This document shows, piece after piece, positions 1 to 10,119 of a stretch of DNA of 64,000 nucleotides; the first letter of the stretch is position 1; the number at the start of each line of letters is the position of its first letter. The DNA is from a virus, in IMG/VR virus record IMGVR_UViG_3300035698_017111, positions 64,001 through 128,000 of that record. The stretch is one strand, 5' to 3'. The translations under genes and the position numbers were made by a program. A model generated the notes under the pieces. That model was not told the origin of the DNA. It did no database searches and saw only the letters and a program-made list of their open reading frames with translations.

Positions 1-1
1 A

Positions 2-427
2 GATTTATCGGAAGAACAGAGAGTTATTCCTTGGGAATTGATGCAGGATGGATTTGCTAATGAGTTTGACACAAATAAACAGAAAAACAATAAGAAATTT
101 AAAGTTGTTAAAGTTAAAGGTAAAGATGGTAAGCCACAATTTATGCGGGTTAGGGTCATGAATCCTGCTGGCAATGGTGTTTCTCCAGCAAACACAACAA
201 CTCAGAAGGGTAGGGTAAAGAAACAAAGAAGATACAATCCAGATGATGGTGGTCCTGGTAAGAGTAAAGGTGCTTGGCCACATAATAGAAATATTGGAAC
301 CGAGGGTTGGTATCAAAGCCATTGGTCTCAAAACCAAGATGCTGATATGAGAAACCGTGTAACCACATGGCATGATTATGTGAATGATAGAGGAACTAAT
401 TTCATGGGTATATCGAAACCGCTTTAA
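2..427 (+). CDS. hypothetical protein, 5'-partial
   Basis: The frame is open from the window edge to TAA at 425-427; the next gene follows with an RBS. Confidence 0.6.
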   Translation, partial: DLSEEQRVIPWELMQDGFANEFDTNKQKNNKKFKVVKVKGKDGKPQFMRVRVMNPAGNGVSPANTTTQKGRVKKQRRYNPDDGGPGKSKGAWPHNRNIGTEGWYQSHWSQNQDADMRNRVTTWHDYVNDRGTNFMGISKPL

Positions 428-439
428 AGAGGAATAATC

Positions 440-736
440 ATGGCAACTTGGAAATATAGATTGACTAAAAATGCTGGAAATAAATTTCAAATTGGACAAG
501 ATGGTAATATTGATCTTGGTGGTGAAGTTACAGACGATATGGCCAACAAGATAGTACAGAAACTAAACACAATGGGTGTTAAGTCTAATTTTGATTCAGC
601 TACAAAGAAGATAAAAAGATCAGATGGGTTAAAGTTTGATCCAAATTCGCCAGCTCCATTTTATAATAAGTTACAAAGTTTTATAGACGAAATGTTGAGA
701 GCTGTTGATTATTCACCACCAGTATTTACAGTGTAA
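440..736 (+). CDS. hypothetical protein
   Basis: GAGG RBS, 98 aa ORF in a tight operon. Confidence 0.7.
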   Translation: MATWKYRLTKNAGNKFQIGQDGNIDLGGEVTDDMANKIVQKLNTMGVKSNFDSATKKIKRSDGLKFDPNSPAPFYNKLQSFIDEMLRAVDYSPPVFTV

Positions 737-754
737 TTAAAGGAGAAGAAGAAA

Positions 755-1474
755 ATGCCACTGCCAATTCAACCGATAAACGATCATCCTTCTCAGCATG
801 CTGAGCCGAAACAGGATATCACAACACTTATCCCAATGATGCAGCCATTCCAAATCACGGATCTTTTTGAGAATTTATTTTCAAACAAATTTTCTCAAGA
901 GAAAGAAATGTTAAAGAAGGTTTGGTTATCATCTACAAAAATTGATGACGATAAAATAGAAATCGCTGCAGATGTCGAGATAAAAGATCTCCAAGTTCTA
1001 ACAAGTAAGGGTCTCATTCAAGGGGAAAATGGAATTTTCGAATTTACAGAAGAAGGATCTAAGCTTCTAAGAGAATCTATTCTTAATGATGAGGAAAGTT
1101 CTTTCACAAAACAAGCATCTAAACAAATGATTGCAAATAGTAGTTATGATTTTGGTGATGATGTTCTTGTCAGGGTTAGTCATCCAGATAGATTTGGGAC
1201 AAGATATATTGTTCTTCCAAAGAAAACATTTGCCCACAAAACAGAACCAAAAGTTTTTGAGTCGTATAATGTTGCTACAAAGAGAGATGACGGGTCTCCG
1301 AAAACAATAGATGAGTACACGGAAAACGAGCTTGTACAGACCTTGCACTTGGCAAAGAGAATTGTAGACAACTCTCATAACATAATTATATCTGGCCATA
1401 AAATTGAACATGTTCCAGTACATAGAATCAAAACATTTTCAGAAATGATTATGAGGGAGTTAAATGCAAGATAA
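755..1474 (+). CDS. hypothetical protein
   Basis: AAGGAG RBS, 239 aa ORF. Confidence 0.7.
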   Translation: MPLPIQPINDHPSQHAEPKQDITTLIPMMQPFQITDLFENLFSNKFSQEKEMLKKVWLSSTKIDDDKIEIAADVEIKDLQVLTSKGLIQGENGIFEFTEEGSKLLRESILNDEESSFTKQASKQMIANSSYDFGDDVLVRVSHPDRFGTRYIVLPKKTFAHKTEPKVFESYNVATKRDDGSPKTIDEYTENELVQTLHLAKRIVDNSHNIIISGHKIEHVPVHRIKTFSEMIMRELNAR

Positions 1475-1476
1475 AC

Positions 1477-1833
1477 ATGAAGAAACTCAGTGTTGTCTTA
1501 TTCGCAGATAGTGAAGATACGAGAAGACAGGGGTTAATGTTCCACAAACCTCTAAAAAAAGATGAGTGTGCTTTGTTCTTTTTCCCTCAAGCAGGAAAAC
1601 ATTCGTTTTGGAACAAAAATGTAGAATTCCCCATCTCCCTGATATTTTGTGATCAAGATGGTAAGATAGAAGATATTCAATATCTTGAAGCACAACAAAC
1701 TAAAGCTGTAGTGCCTAAATCAAATCGTGTAGTTTATGTTATTGAAGCACACAAAGATGTCCCAATTGAATTGGGATTGAAACAAAACATTGATATTCGT
1801 ATGGTGGGACGAGAGGTTATGTTCGATGGTTAG
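1477..1833 (+). CDS. DUF192 family protein
   Basis: Motifs ADSEDTRRQGLMF, FWNKNVEFPISLIFCD and YVIEA. Confidence 0.8.
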   Translation: MKKLSVVLFADSEDTRRQGLMFHKPLKKDECALFFFPQAGKHSFWNKNVEFPISLIFCDQDGKIEDIQYLEAQQTKAVVPKSNRVVYVIEAHKDVPIELGLKQNIDIRMVGREVMFDG

Positions 1834-2851
1834 TATCCCTATACAGATTCAGAAAGATCTTGATGATATCGATATCGTCGCCAAAGACCTTCAAATGAAG
1901 CTCTATGTGGTGGGTGGTTTTCCACGAGATATCGTTTCTGGAATTAGTCTTACTGATGAAACAGATTTGGATGTAACAGAAGCGAACGGCAATGCTTTCG
2001 ATCTGGCTTTTTTTGTTGCTGCAAAATATGGACTACCAGAACCAGAGATATACGAAAGCACAGGAACTGCCCTTGTGACAATGCCAAGTGGAAGACCTGT
2101 TGAATTCCATAATGCTGCTTGGAATGTCCCACACATTGTCGATCAACTTTATGTTCTTGGAATTGAACCAACTCCATTGAATAAAGATATCTATTCTCGT
2201 GATTTTACAATCAATACACTTTTGTTTGATCCAGAAGACAACGAAATTATTGATATTACTGGCCAAGCCAAGGCTGATATTCAGAATAAAATACTAAGAA
2301 CTCCTCTTGCACCAAGAAAAACCTTATCAATCAACCCAAAGATTATACTAAGGGGAATTCGGTTTACTGTTCAGATGGGCTTGACAATGGACCCAGAATA
2401 TGTTAGAGAGGTGTCTAATTTTGTCCCGTATTTGGTTCACTTTATGCAGATGCACCCAGACAGTAAGATGGTGAGAAGAACGGTTGAAAAGACACTTGGA
2501 ATTGACCCACACAGGGCAATGGAAGAGTATCGCAAATTAGGAATTCTCGAATACCTACCCAAGACCACCGAAATGGATGCTGCTCTTAAAAAGGATTTGT
2601 TTGGGACAAGCATAGTTCCTGTTGCGGCCAACTTTTCTCAGTACACAACTGCACAAACAACGATGATAGATTACTTGTTGGAACAGAGAGAAAAACACAA
2701 AGCCTACATGAGACGTAAAAGACGAGAAGAACAACAACAAAGAGAAAAGAAATTCGATGTTTTGGAGAAGGCAAGAAACGGATTCTTTACACAAGAAGAT
2801 CCTGTTCCAGAATTGACCAAAATAAAAGAGGACAGGAGTAAGAAAAAATGA
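1826..2851 (+). CDS. class II tRNA nucleotidyltransferase/poly(A) polymerase family protein with an atypical template motif
   Basis: VVGGFPRD, DLDV and SRDFTINTL; INPKIILRGIRF stands where EDPLRxLR is expected. ATG at 1826 overlaps the previous gene end. Confidence 0.8.
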   Translation: MVSIPIQIQKDLDDIDIVAKDLQMKLYVVGGFPRDIVSGISLTDETDLDVTEANGNAFDLAFFVAAKYGLPEPEIYESTGTALVTMPSGRPVEFHNAAWNVPHIVDQLYVLGIEPTPLNKDIYSRDFTINTLLFDPEDNEIIDITGQAKADIQNKILRTPLAPRKTLSINPKIILRGIRFTVQMGLTMDPEYVREVSNFVPYLVHFMQMHPDSKMVRRTVEKTLGIDPHRAMEEYRKLGILEYLPKTTEMDAALKKDLFGTSIVPVAANFSQYTTAQTTMIDYLLEQREKHKAYMRRKRREEQQQREKKFDVLEKARNGFFTQEDPVPELTKIKEDRSKKK

Positions 2852-3390
2852 CAGATAAAATAGACATAGTAGAATCTAATTTTGGCGTATTGGGACACAC
2901 AGCTGATATAGAAAAAAGACATCCTATCGTGCAAAGTGGCTTAGGAATACTTGATACTGGAAAATATGTGAAGGCACAAGATATTGGACTCATGGATGTG
3001 TCTCAAGATCAACAGCCAATTGCACCACCAACAAACGAAGCAGACAATCAGGGGATTTCGCCAGAAGAGATTAAATCAAAATCTTTGCAGATATATTACG
3101 AGACAACAGGACAGGATGACTCGTCACCATATGCTCGTGATTACGTTGATATGATGTACAACAATGCAGCAGAGGGGATGTCTGCAGAGGTTGAACAAAC
3201 ATACAATTATATGGAAAACATGTTGCAAGTCCTACAATCACCTGGTATGGTGTTAATAGAGGGAGAAGAACAGGTAATAGATGCAACAGAAACCATTATG
3301 CTAGTTCTCAATAACAATAGAAGTTTATATCAAGATATGGTCAATGCCATTGAACAAGCCAAAAGTGAGTTAGGTGCAATAGGAATTTAA
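2848..3390 (+). CDS. hypothetical acidic protein
   Basis: 180 aa ORF with an ATGA overlap. Confidence 0.7.
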   Translation: MTDKIDIVESNFGVLGHTADIEKRHPIVQSGLGILDTGKYVKAQDIGLMDVSQDQQPIAPPTNEADNQGISPEEIKSKSLQIYYETTGQDDSSPYARDYVDMMYNNAAEGMSAEVEQTYNYMENMLQVLQSPGMVLIEGEEQVIDATETIMLVLNNNRSLYQDMVNAIEQAKSELGAIGI

Positions 3391-4538
3391 TGATGCCATA
3401 TGAATGGCTCGTCAAACAAGATGAAAACGGAAACCCTTACAGATTTTGGCAACCAGAAGAACACTCTTCCTCTATGCCAACATCTGATGTAAATGACCTT
3501 GCTCAGGTTGAAAATGCGAAAGCCCTCCTAAGAAAATATTCAGAATACAACAATGAAGAAGATTGGATTGAGGATCAGCATGGCAATATGTTGACTCCAC
3601 AACAAATTTTTGGTGCTTGGCATCAAAGATACAAACCAGAGGAATTTGATCAACCAGCATCAGTTCTTATGGATGAACAAAGCAAACTTCTACAAGCGAA
3701 AATACCAACAGCTGGGAAAAGAAATTGGTATAGGAAAGCTCAGGTACAAATGCGATTAGAAATTCCAATATCAGATTGGCTTGTCTCTGTAATGCAAGAT
3801 CTTAAAAGACAAGGTATGACATCCCTGATAGTTGGTGGTGCTGTTCGAGACGCCATTGTCGGTTCTCCATCAAAAGACATAGATGTTGAAGTTTATGGTA
3901 CAAATTACGAGACTTTGTCAAACATTCTGAACAACTATGGGAAAGTTAATCTTGTTGGCAAGGCATTTGGTATAATTAAGATAAGTGATCCAGATGGAGA
4001 GGAGTATGATTTTTCAATTCCAAGAAGAGAAAGTAAGATGGGTAGGGAACATAAAGATTTCTCTGTGGAATTTGATGAAAAGATTACGCCAAAAGAAGCT
4101 GCATCTAGAAGAGACTTTACAATAAACTCTCTTGCATACGATCCTCTAACAAAAGAAATGCATGATTATTTTGGTGGAATGAATGATATCGAAAATGGAA
4201 TCCTTAAGGCAACCAGTCCAGCGTTTGCTGAAGATCCGCTTCGTGTTCTTCGTGGTATGCAGTTTGCCGCTAGGTTTGGATTTACAATAGAACCACAAAC
4301 TGCAGAAATGGCCAAGAGTCTTAAGGATGAACCTATTGTAATTGAAAGAGTATCAGAAGAATGGATGAAACTCTTTACAAAAGGTAAACATCCAGGTAAA
4401 GCCATACAGTATTTAATAGATACTGGTTGGATGGAAAACTATCCAGAACTCCAAGCTCTTGTCGGTTTGAGACAAGACTCTGAATGGCATCCAGAAGGAG
4501 CTATGGTGAGAAAAATAATAAAGAAAAAGAATGTTTAG
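3390..4538 (+). CDS. cca: CCA-adding enzyme, N-terminal half (catalytic head and neck)
   Basis: VGGAVRD, DIDVEV, RRDFTINSL, EDPLRVLRGMQFAARF, ERVSEEW; ends shortly after QDSEWHPEG. Confidence 0.85.
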   Translation: MMPYEWLVKQDENGNPYRFWQPEEHSSSMPTSDVNDLAQVENAKALLRKYSEYNNEEDWIEDQHGNMLTPQQIFGAWHQRYKPEEFDQPASVLMDEQSKLLQAKIPTAGKRNWYRKAQVQMRLEIPISDWLVSVMQDLKRQGMTSLIVGGAVRDAIVGSPSKDIDVEVYGTNYETLSNILNNYGKVNLVGKAFGIIKISDPDGEEYDFSIPRRESKMGREHKDFSVEFDEKITPKEAASRRDFTINSLAYDPLTKEMHDYFGGMNDIENGILKATSPAFAEDPLRVLRGMQFAARFGFTIEPQTAEMAKSLKDEPIVIERVSEEWMKLFTKGKHPGKAIQYLIDTGWMENYPELQALVGLRQDSEWHPEGAMVRKIIKKKNV

Positions 4539-4542
4539 TGAG

Positions 4543-4569
4543 AGGATAAACAGTACCTTCCTTAGAATA
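4543..4569 (+). promoter_or_regulatory. putative late promoter AGG-N19-GAATA
   Basis: Same spacing as the copies at 30282, 50637 and 57931. Confidence 0.6.
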
Positions 4570-4593
4570 TATAGTTAAGAGTATTCTTGGGAG

Positions 4594-5496
4594 ATGAAAA
4601 TGCATAAATTTAATTGTTTAAATTGTGGAATAGAAAAATCATCAAAATGGAAAAAAACAAAGTTTTGCAGCGTGAAATGTTCGAATGTTTATAACGGAAG
4701 CAAAGGCAAGGTCGGGGGCAATACCTCTAGTTTAGACTGTATGGTAAAAAAATATGGAAAAACAAAAGGGAAGAAAAAATACGAAGAAAAATTAAAGAAA
4801 TTATCTAAAGCACATAAAGGTAGGGTTGGTTCGATGACGGGCAAAAAGCATCCTGATTCTACTAAAAATAAAATTGCCAAATCTCTTAAAGATTTTCATA
4901 GAAAAAATGGTCACAAAACATTTGATGAAACACACAATATATCAAAAGAAGAATTATCTAAAAAAATGAAAGGCATATTTTCCATAAATTGGTTTGTGAA
5001 TAAATATGGAAAAAAAAAGGGCAGAGAAAAATATCAAGAAAGATCAAACAAAATAAAAAAGACAACATTTTTCAAAACATATAACAGAATGGACAACAAA
5101 AATAATTATTCTAAAAAATCACAAGATTTATTTTGGACAATATATAGAAACCACAAAAACCACCTATCAAATAAAATGGTTTATTTTGCAGAACTAAATC
5201 ATGAATATGGATGTGAAACAAATAGGAATTTTGACTTTGTTGTAATTGATAATAAAAAGATAATAGAATTTAATGGAGATAAATTTCATGCAAACCCAAA
5301 TGTTTTTAAAGAGACAGATAAACCAAATCCATATCTTAAAAACACAACAGCACAGCAAATATGGGAATTTGATAGAAAAAAAATAGAGAAAGCACTATCT
5401 AATGGTTATGAAATTTTAATTGTTTGGGAAAGAGATTTCGATAAAAACCCAGAGGAAGAGATAAAAAAATGCCAGCATTTTCTCCTGAACAAATAA
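4594..5496 (+). mobile_element. free-standing homing endonuclease (Zn-finger, NUMOD3-like repeats, Vsr/DUF559-like PD-(D/E)xK domain)
   Basis: CLNC...FCSVKC, GKKHPDSTKNKI, FDFV...IEFNGDKFHANP, GYEILIVWE; very A-rich; sits between the two cca halves. Confidence 0.75.
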
Positions 5497-7346
5497 AAGA
5501 AATGGGGAAACAATATGTTTTGGGTGAACCAGAACCATATGATCCATTTAATAAAGAACACAATGATCCAAATAAGTATTTAATACAATACGGAACTGTG
5601 GAGATTCATACAGCCCACACATTGGATGCTGCTGCTCAAATTGCAGACAGAGAGGGACTACAAGGAGACGATAGAGCTGTTTTAATCGCCTCTGCACTAG
5701 CACACGATCTTGGTAAAGCAGATGTTACTCAGGATGAGATGAAAGATGGTAAGATGAGAGTAACGTCCAAGGGACATGAGGGATTAAGTGTAGATCTTGC
5801 TAATAGTCTTTTGAAAAGAATGGGTATTAAGAAAGACATAGTGGACAGAGTATTACCTATTGTTGGCCATCATTTGTTACATTTACATTTTGACCCAGAT
5901 TCTAAAAACGGCAATGCTAGACAGATTGCAGAAAAACTATATCCAGCAAGTATTAAAGAATTAATATATCTTATTGAATCGGATCATTCTGGGAGACCGC
6001 CCATTGAGGGTGGATTGCCTGAATTGGCAGAACAGTTACAAGCTTCAGCTCAAGAACAAGGGGCATATGATGGTAGGGTTCCACCACTGATTCAAGGAAG
6101 AGATATTTTGCATCTTTTCCCAGAGGCTGGTCCTGCTATTGGACAAGTTCTGCAAGAAGTACGTAAAAAACAACTTCGAGGACAGGTTAGTACTCCAGAA
6201 GAAGCTATGTATGCGGCAGAAATGTCAGCACAAAAACTAATTCTTTTGGTTAATGGAAGGGATGTTTTAGATGTTCTTGGTGGGGTTGGTGGACCACATG
6301 TTGGTGAGATCTTGAATAATGCATGGGAAGCTCAGAAAAATGGTGTTTTTACCGATAGAGAAGGGGCTTTGACGTGGTTGCAAGAACAATATACTAGTGA
6401 ACCAGTGCCTCAAAATGAGGTTATAGACAATGTTCCAAACGACAATATGGAGAGATTCGAAGCAATGGAAAGTAATTTAAGATTCTCAGAACTCAATATG
6501 AATTACGTGACGAAAATATCCGACAACATGTCGGATAAAGCAATTGTTGCTGCGTCTCTTGTTGTTAGTGAATTCAAGAGTGGACAACCAGATTGGAGTC
6601 TTATTCAAAAATACATTAGTAGCAATTCAGATTTTAAATTAGAAGAAATGCAGTTGTTTTATGAATCTGATCCAAAATATGCAACTGAGACATATGAACA
6701 AATATTAGAAGAGTTTCTAAATGCTGATATAGAGGCATTTTTAGATAGTTATATGAAAACAGGACAGTCAACAACAACAGAATATGGAGACGTTCCATTC
6801 GGAGTACAAGAAGGTTCGTTACATGCAGAGGAACTGGCAGATGCCTTTGGTTCTGAAGCTGTAGCACAAGCAATGGAATTGATACAAATACACAGTCCAG
6901 AATCTCTCGATGGAATTACGTACATTGGTCTTGTTGATAAGGGAGATATGTTCGGGGTTACGGAAGATGAGTTAACGCAAAAACTCAGAGAACAAAGAGG
7001 AGAACCCATAGGGGATGCTGGTAGTAAGGAAGCATTTAGACTCAATGCAGAAATAATTAAGGGAAAGAAACAAGAGTTCGAAGCAGAGTCTAATGCACAA
7101 AAAGACAATCTATTACGATCATATCCTCCAGATGTTGTTGCACTATGGGAAGAAAGAAATGCAAGTGAAGTTCTTCCACTGATTATTGCGGAGGTTATAG
7201 TACACGAAGCAGAACACGCTCATGGTGCGGAAGGTGAAGGGCAACCCATTGCAGAAGAAAGACAATTTCTTCAAGAAGCTATAGTTCGATTAAATAAAAA
7301 AAGACAAGATGATGGTATTCCAGAATTACCAGTTGTTTTAAAGTGA
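5469..7346 (+). CDS. cca: CCA-adding enzyme, C-terminal half (HD phosphohydrolase, two tail repeats, HExxH extension)
   Basis: IHTAHT, ALAHDLGK, GHE, HHLLH, SDHSGR; PLIQGRDIL..GPAIG and LVNGRDVL..GPHVG tails; HEAEH near the C-terminus. Confidence 0.8.
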   Translation: MPAFSPEQIKEMGKQYVLGEPEPYDPFNKEHNDPNKYLIQYGTVEIHTAHTLDAAAQIADREGLQGDDRAVLIASALAHDLGKADVTQDEMKDGKMRVTSKGHEGLSVDLANSLLKRMGIKKDIVDRVLPIVGHHLLHLHFDPDSKNGNARQIAEKLYPASIKELIYLIESDHSGRPPIEGGLPELAEQLQASAQEQGAYDGRVPPLIQGRDILHLFPEAGPAIGQVLQEVRKKQLRGQVSTPEEAMYAAEMSAQKLILLVNGRDVLDVLGGVGGPHVGEILNNAWEAQKNGVFTDREGALTWLQEQYTSEPVPQNEVIDNVPNDNMERFEAMESNLRFSELNMNYVTKISDNMSDKAIVAASLVVSEFKSGQPDWSLIQKYISSNSDFKLEEMQLFYESDPKYATETYEQILEEFLNADIEAFLDSYMKTGQSTTTEYGDVPFGVQEGSLHAEELADAFGSEAVAQAMELIQIHSPESLDGITYIGLVDKGDMFGVTEDELTQKLREQRGEPIGDAGSKEAFRLNAEIIKGKKQEFEAESNAQKDNLLRSYPPDVVALWEERNASEVLPLIIAEVIVHEAEHAHGAEGEGQPIAEERQFLQEAIVRLNKKRQDDGIPELPVVLK

Positions 7347-7353
7347 GAGAATA

Positions 7354-7905
7354 ATGGCTAAATATTTTTTTGACACAGAATTTGCAGAAAATGGTCCACA
7401 TGAACCAATTTGGTTTCTGTCTATTGGTATGGTTACAGAAGATGAGGATGGGTCTATTCGTGAATACTATGCTGTAAATAAAAACTTTGATAAAAGTAAA
7501 GCTAATGAATTTGTTCTCAGTAATGTCATTCCTAAATTAAAACCTAAAAAGGAAGACATGAAGACAACTGACGAGATAGCAAGTGATATTATTGCGTTTG
7601 TTGGAGATGATTTGAATCCTATGTTTGTTGCTGATCATTGTAGTTATGATTGGGTTGTTATTTGTCAATTATTCGGCACAATGATGGATCTTCCAGATCA
7701 TTTTCCGAAGTTTTGTCTCGACGTACAGCAATTGAAGGAATCTCTTGGTAATCCAGAATTCCCTCAAAGCACAGAAGAAGTTCTTGATGAACATAATGCT
7801 CTTGCAGATGCACACGAATGTAAGGGTCGTTGGGAGTTTCTTCAGAAGTATAAGTTCGTAGGGAAGAATTTTAATCTAAAAGATTGGAAAAAACATAGGA
7901 AATAA
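7354..7905 (+). CDS. DEDDh 3'-5' exoribonuclease (RNase AS/Rv2179c-like)
   Basis: FFDTEF, SIGMV, YDWVVICQLFGTMMDLP, HNALADA. Confidence 0.8.
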   Translation: MAKYFFDTEFAENGPHEPIWFLSIGMVTEDEDGSIREYYAVNKNFDKSKANEFVLSNVIPKLKPKKEDMKTTDEIASDIIAFVGDDLNPMFVADHCSYDWVVICQLFGTMMDLPDHFPKFCLDVQQLKESLGNPEFPQSTEEVLDEHNALADAHECKGRWEFLQKYKFVGKNFNLKDWKKHRK

Positions 7906-7912
7906 ATCTGTT

Positions 7913-10111
7913 ATGAAGACTCAAGATATTGTAATGTTACCACCATTTACCGTTAACATGATGATGATGTCATTATCTGAAACGGTTAACTATGGGCATC
8001 AGATGCACAATATTCCTGGTGCATGGTTAAAATCAAAAGGAGAAGGAGTTGTCGTTGCTGTTCTTGATACTGGACTTCCAGTCCATAGAGATTTGGAAAA
8101 CCAAATATTAACTGCTGAAAATTTCACAAATTCTCCAATTCAAGATCTTGTTTCTGGACATGGTTGTGTCTCTCCAAACGATTATGTCTATACTTCAATG
8201 TGTGGTCTGCAAAAAATACAAGATGTTTTTGACAGATCCCCTGGAATTGTTCATTTTCAGCAAGACGGATCAGTTATAAAAGACTGTTCTAGGAATTCCA
8301 TCCATACATTCTCTCTTGATAAGAAGGGCAATACGGTTAAATCTAACATTATTGCAGTTCATAAAATACCATACAATGGAGATGTTTTTTGTATTAAAAC
8401 AAAACAGGGAAAATTGACACTGACTCCATGGCATCCAATATATATAAGGAAAACAAACCTTAAGTCATTCGTCAAAAAAAGAGCAGACGAATTACAAATT
8501 GGTGATTCTATAGCGTTACCAGAAAGCGGTCCAAGTTTTCATTCATATTTAAACATTCCATATAGAGAATACTACAAATGCCAATATTGTGGTTATAAAT
8601 CTTCTGGGTTCCGTAGAAAACAATGTAGAAAATGTAATAAATATAAATGGCATAATGGAAAAACAATTGATTGTATTAAACTTGACGAAGATCTTGCATT
8701 CCTAACTGGTCTTGTCGCATCTGATGGACATAGTATGAAAAGTTCTATGAGTATAGAGTTTTGCAATATGGATGAAAAATTAATAAATATATTTGAAGTT
8801 TTATGTAAAAAATTATTTAACAAAAAATGTAAAAGATATAAAGACAGTAGAAACAAAAAACTAATCAGAACCAGGATACATTCTAAAGATGTTCAAAATC
8901 TTTTTGTAAAATTAGGAATAAAAAAAGGAAATAAAACTCATAATCTTTTATTTCCAGAACTAATATCAAAATCTCCAAGATCTGTTTTTTGTTCATTTGT
9001 TGCAGCCTATGTAGAGGGCGACGGAAGTGTAGACAAAAAAGATAAAAGAATAAGGATAGTCTCTGGAAGCAAATCTTTTAGTGATCATCTTTCAATGAAC
9101 CTTAAATTTTTTGGTATTAAATCTTCAATATCTAAAAATAAAGCAAGCAAAAGAAATTTTGGATATGGCACATATAATTGTAAGGAGTCTTACACTATTA
9201 GATTAGTCTCTGATTATGAAATAGTAAAATATTTAAAGTTAAAAAAATCAAAAGAATCTCAAAGACAAATAATTCAATCTAATGTAATTTCCATTGAAAA
9301 GAAATCTTATAATGGGCACATGTTTGACTTTACTATAAAAGATTATGGAAATTATGTGGCAAATGGAATGATAGTCAGCAATACGCACGTCTCTGGAATC
9401 ATAGGTGCCGAAGAGAATAATGAAGGCGTCATAGGAATAGCTCCGAAAGCAAGACTCATAATAGCGAAAACGTTAAGTGACAGTGGTGGTGGAACAGATG
9501 AAAGCATAGCCAATGGTATCTTCTGGGCTATAGAAAAAGGTGCTGACATTATCAACATGTCTTTAGGGGCACCGGCGAAACATGAAAGTATGTTTGTTCA
9601 AACAAAACAGGCAGTACAAGCCGCAAATAGGGCTGGAATTATATTGGTCTGTGCCGCAGGAAATGAATCTGCAGCAAAAGTAGGTGTTCCTGCAAGATGG
9701 CCAGAATGTATTGCAGTCTCTGCGGTAAATTCAAAGAAAGATAGAGCAAGCTTCTCAAACAGAGGTGCTTCGTTGGACTTTGCTGCAGCTGGTGTGAATA
9801 TTCTTTCTACATTTAAGGACAATACTTATGCGGAATTGAGTGGAACCTCGATGGCATGTCCACAAATCGCAGGTATTGCAGCTTTGATTCTTTCTGAACA
9901 TAGAAATAGAATGGACAATACAAACACACCTGTCGATACACCGGAACAGTTAAGTGAACATTTACAGAAGATATCGTTAGACTTGGGTAAGGCTGGACAC
10001 GACACTAATTTTGGTTCTGGTTTGCCTGTGTATGGTAGAGCAAAATATTTTGTTCCCAATCCACCAAAAAAGAAACCTTGGTGGCTGAGATGGATACCGT
10101 TTTGGGGGTAG
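7913..10111 (+). CDS. subtilisin-like S8 serine protease with an intein
   Basis: VAVLDTG, HG/THVSG (split by the intein), AAGN, SGTSMACP. Confidence 0.9.
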   Translation: MKTQDIVMLPPFTVNMMMMSLSETVNYGHQMHNIPGAWLKSKGEGVVVAVLDTGLPVHRDLENQILTAENFTNSPIQDLVSGHGCVSPNDYVYTSMCGLQKIQDVFDRSPGIVHFQQDGSVIKDCSRNSIHTFSLDKKGNTVKSNIIAVHKIPYNGDVFCIKTKQGKLTLTPWHPIYIRKTNLKSFVKKRADELQIGDSIALPESGPSFHSYLNIPYREYYKCQYCGYKSSGFRRKQCRKCNKYKWHNGKTIDCIKLDEDLAFLTGLVASDGHSMKSSMSIEFCNMDEKLINIFEVLCKKLFNKKCKRYKDSRNKKLIRTRIHSKDVQNLFVKLGIKKGNKTHNLLFPELISKSPRSVFCSFVAAYVEGDGSVDKKDKRIRIVSGSKSFSDHLSMNLKFFGIKSSISKNKASKRNFGYGTYNCKESYTIRLVSDYEIVKYLKLKKSKESQRQIIQSNVISIEKKSYNGHMFDFTIKDYGNYVANGMIVSNTHVSGIIGAEENNEGVIGIAPKARLIIAKTLSDSGGGTDESIANGIFWAIEKGADIINMSLGAPAKHESMFVQTKQAVQAANRAGIILVCAAGNESAAKVGVPARWPECIAVSAVNSKKDRASFSNRGASLDFAAAGVNILSTFKDNTYAELSGTSMACPQIAGIAALILSEHRNRMDNTNTPVDTPEQLSEHLQKISLDLGKAGHDTNFGSGLPVYGRAKYFVPNPPKKKPWWLRWIPFWG
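8165..9382 (+). mobile_element. LAGLIDADG intein (406 aa) in the S8 protease
   Basis: C1 (CVSPND), TPWH block B, GLVASDG and AYVEGDG, ending MFDF...VSN followed by T+1. Confidence 0.9.
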
Positions 10112-10119
10112 TGTAAAGA

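Noticed and set aside
4500-5600. Group I intron or intein in cca
   Set aside because: There is too little non-coding sequence, no recognisable core or intein termini, and the second half has its own start.
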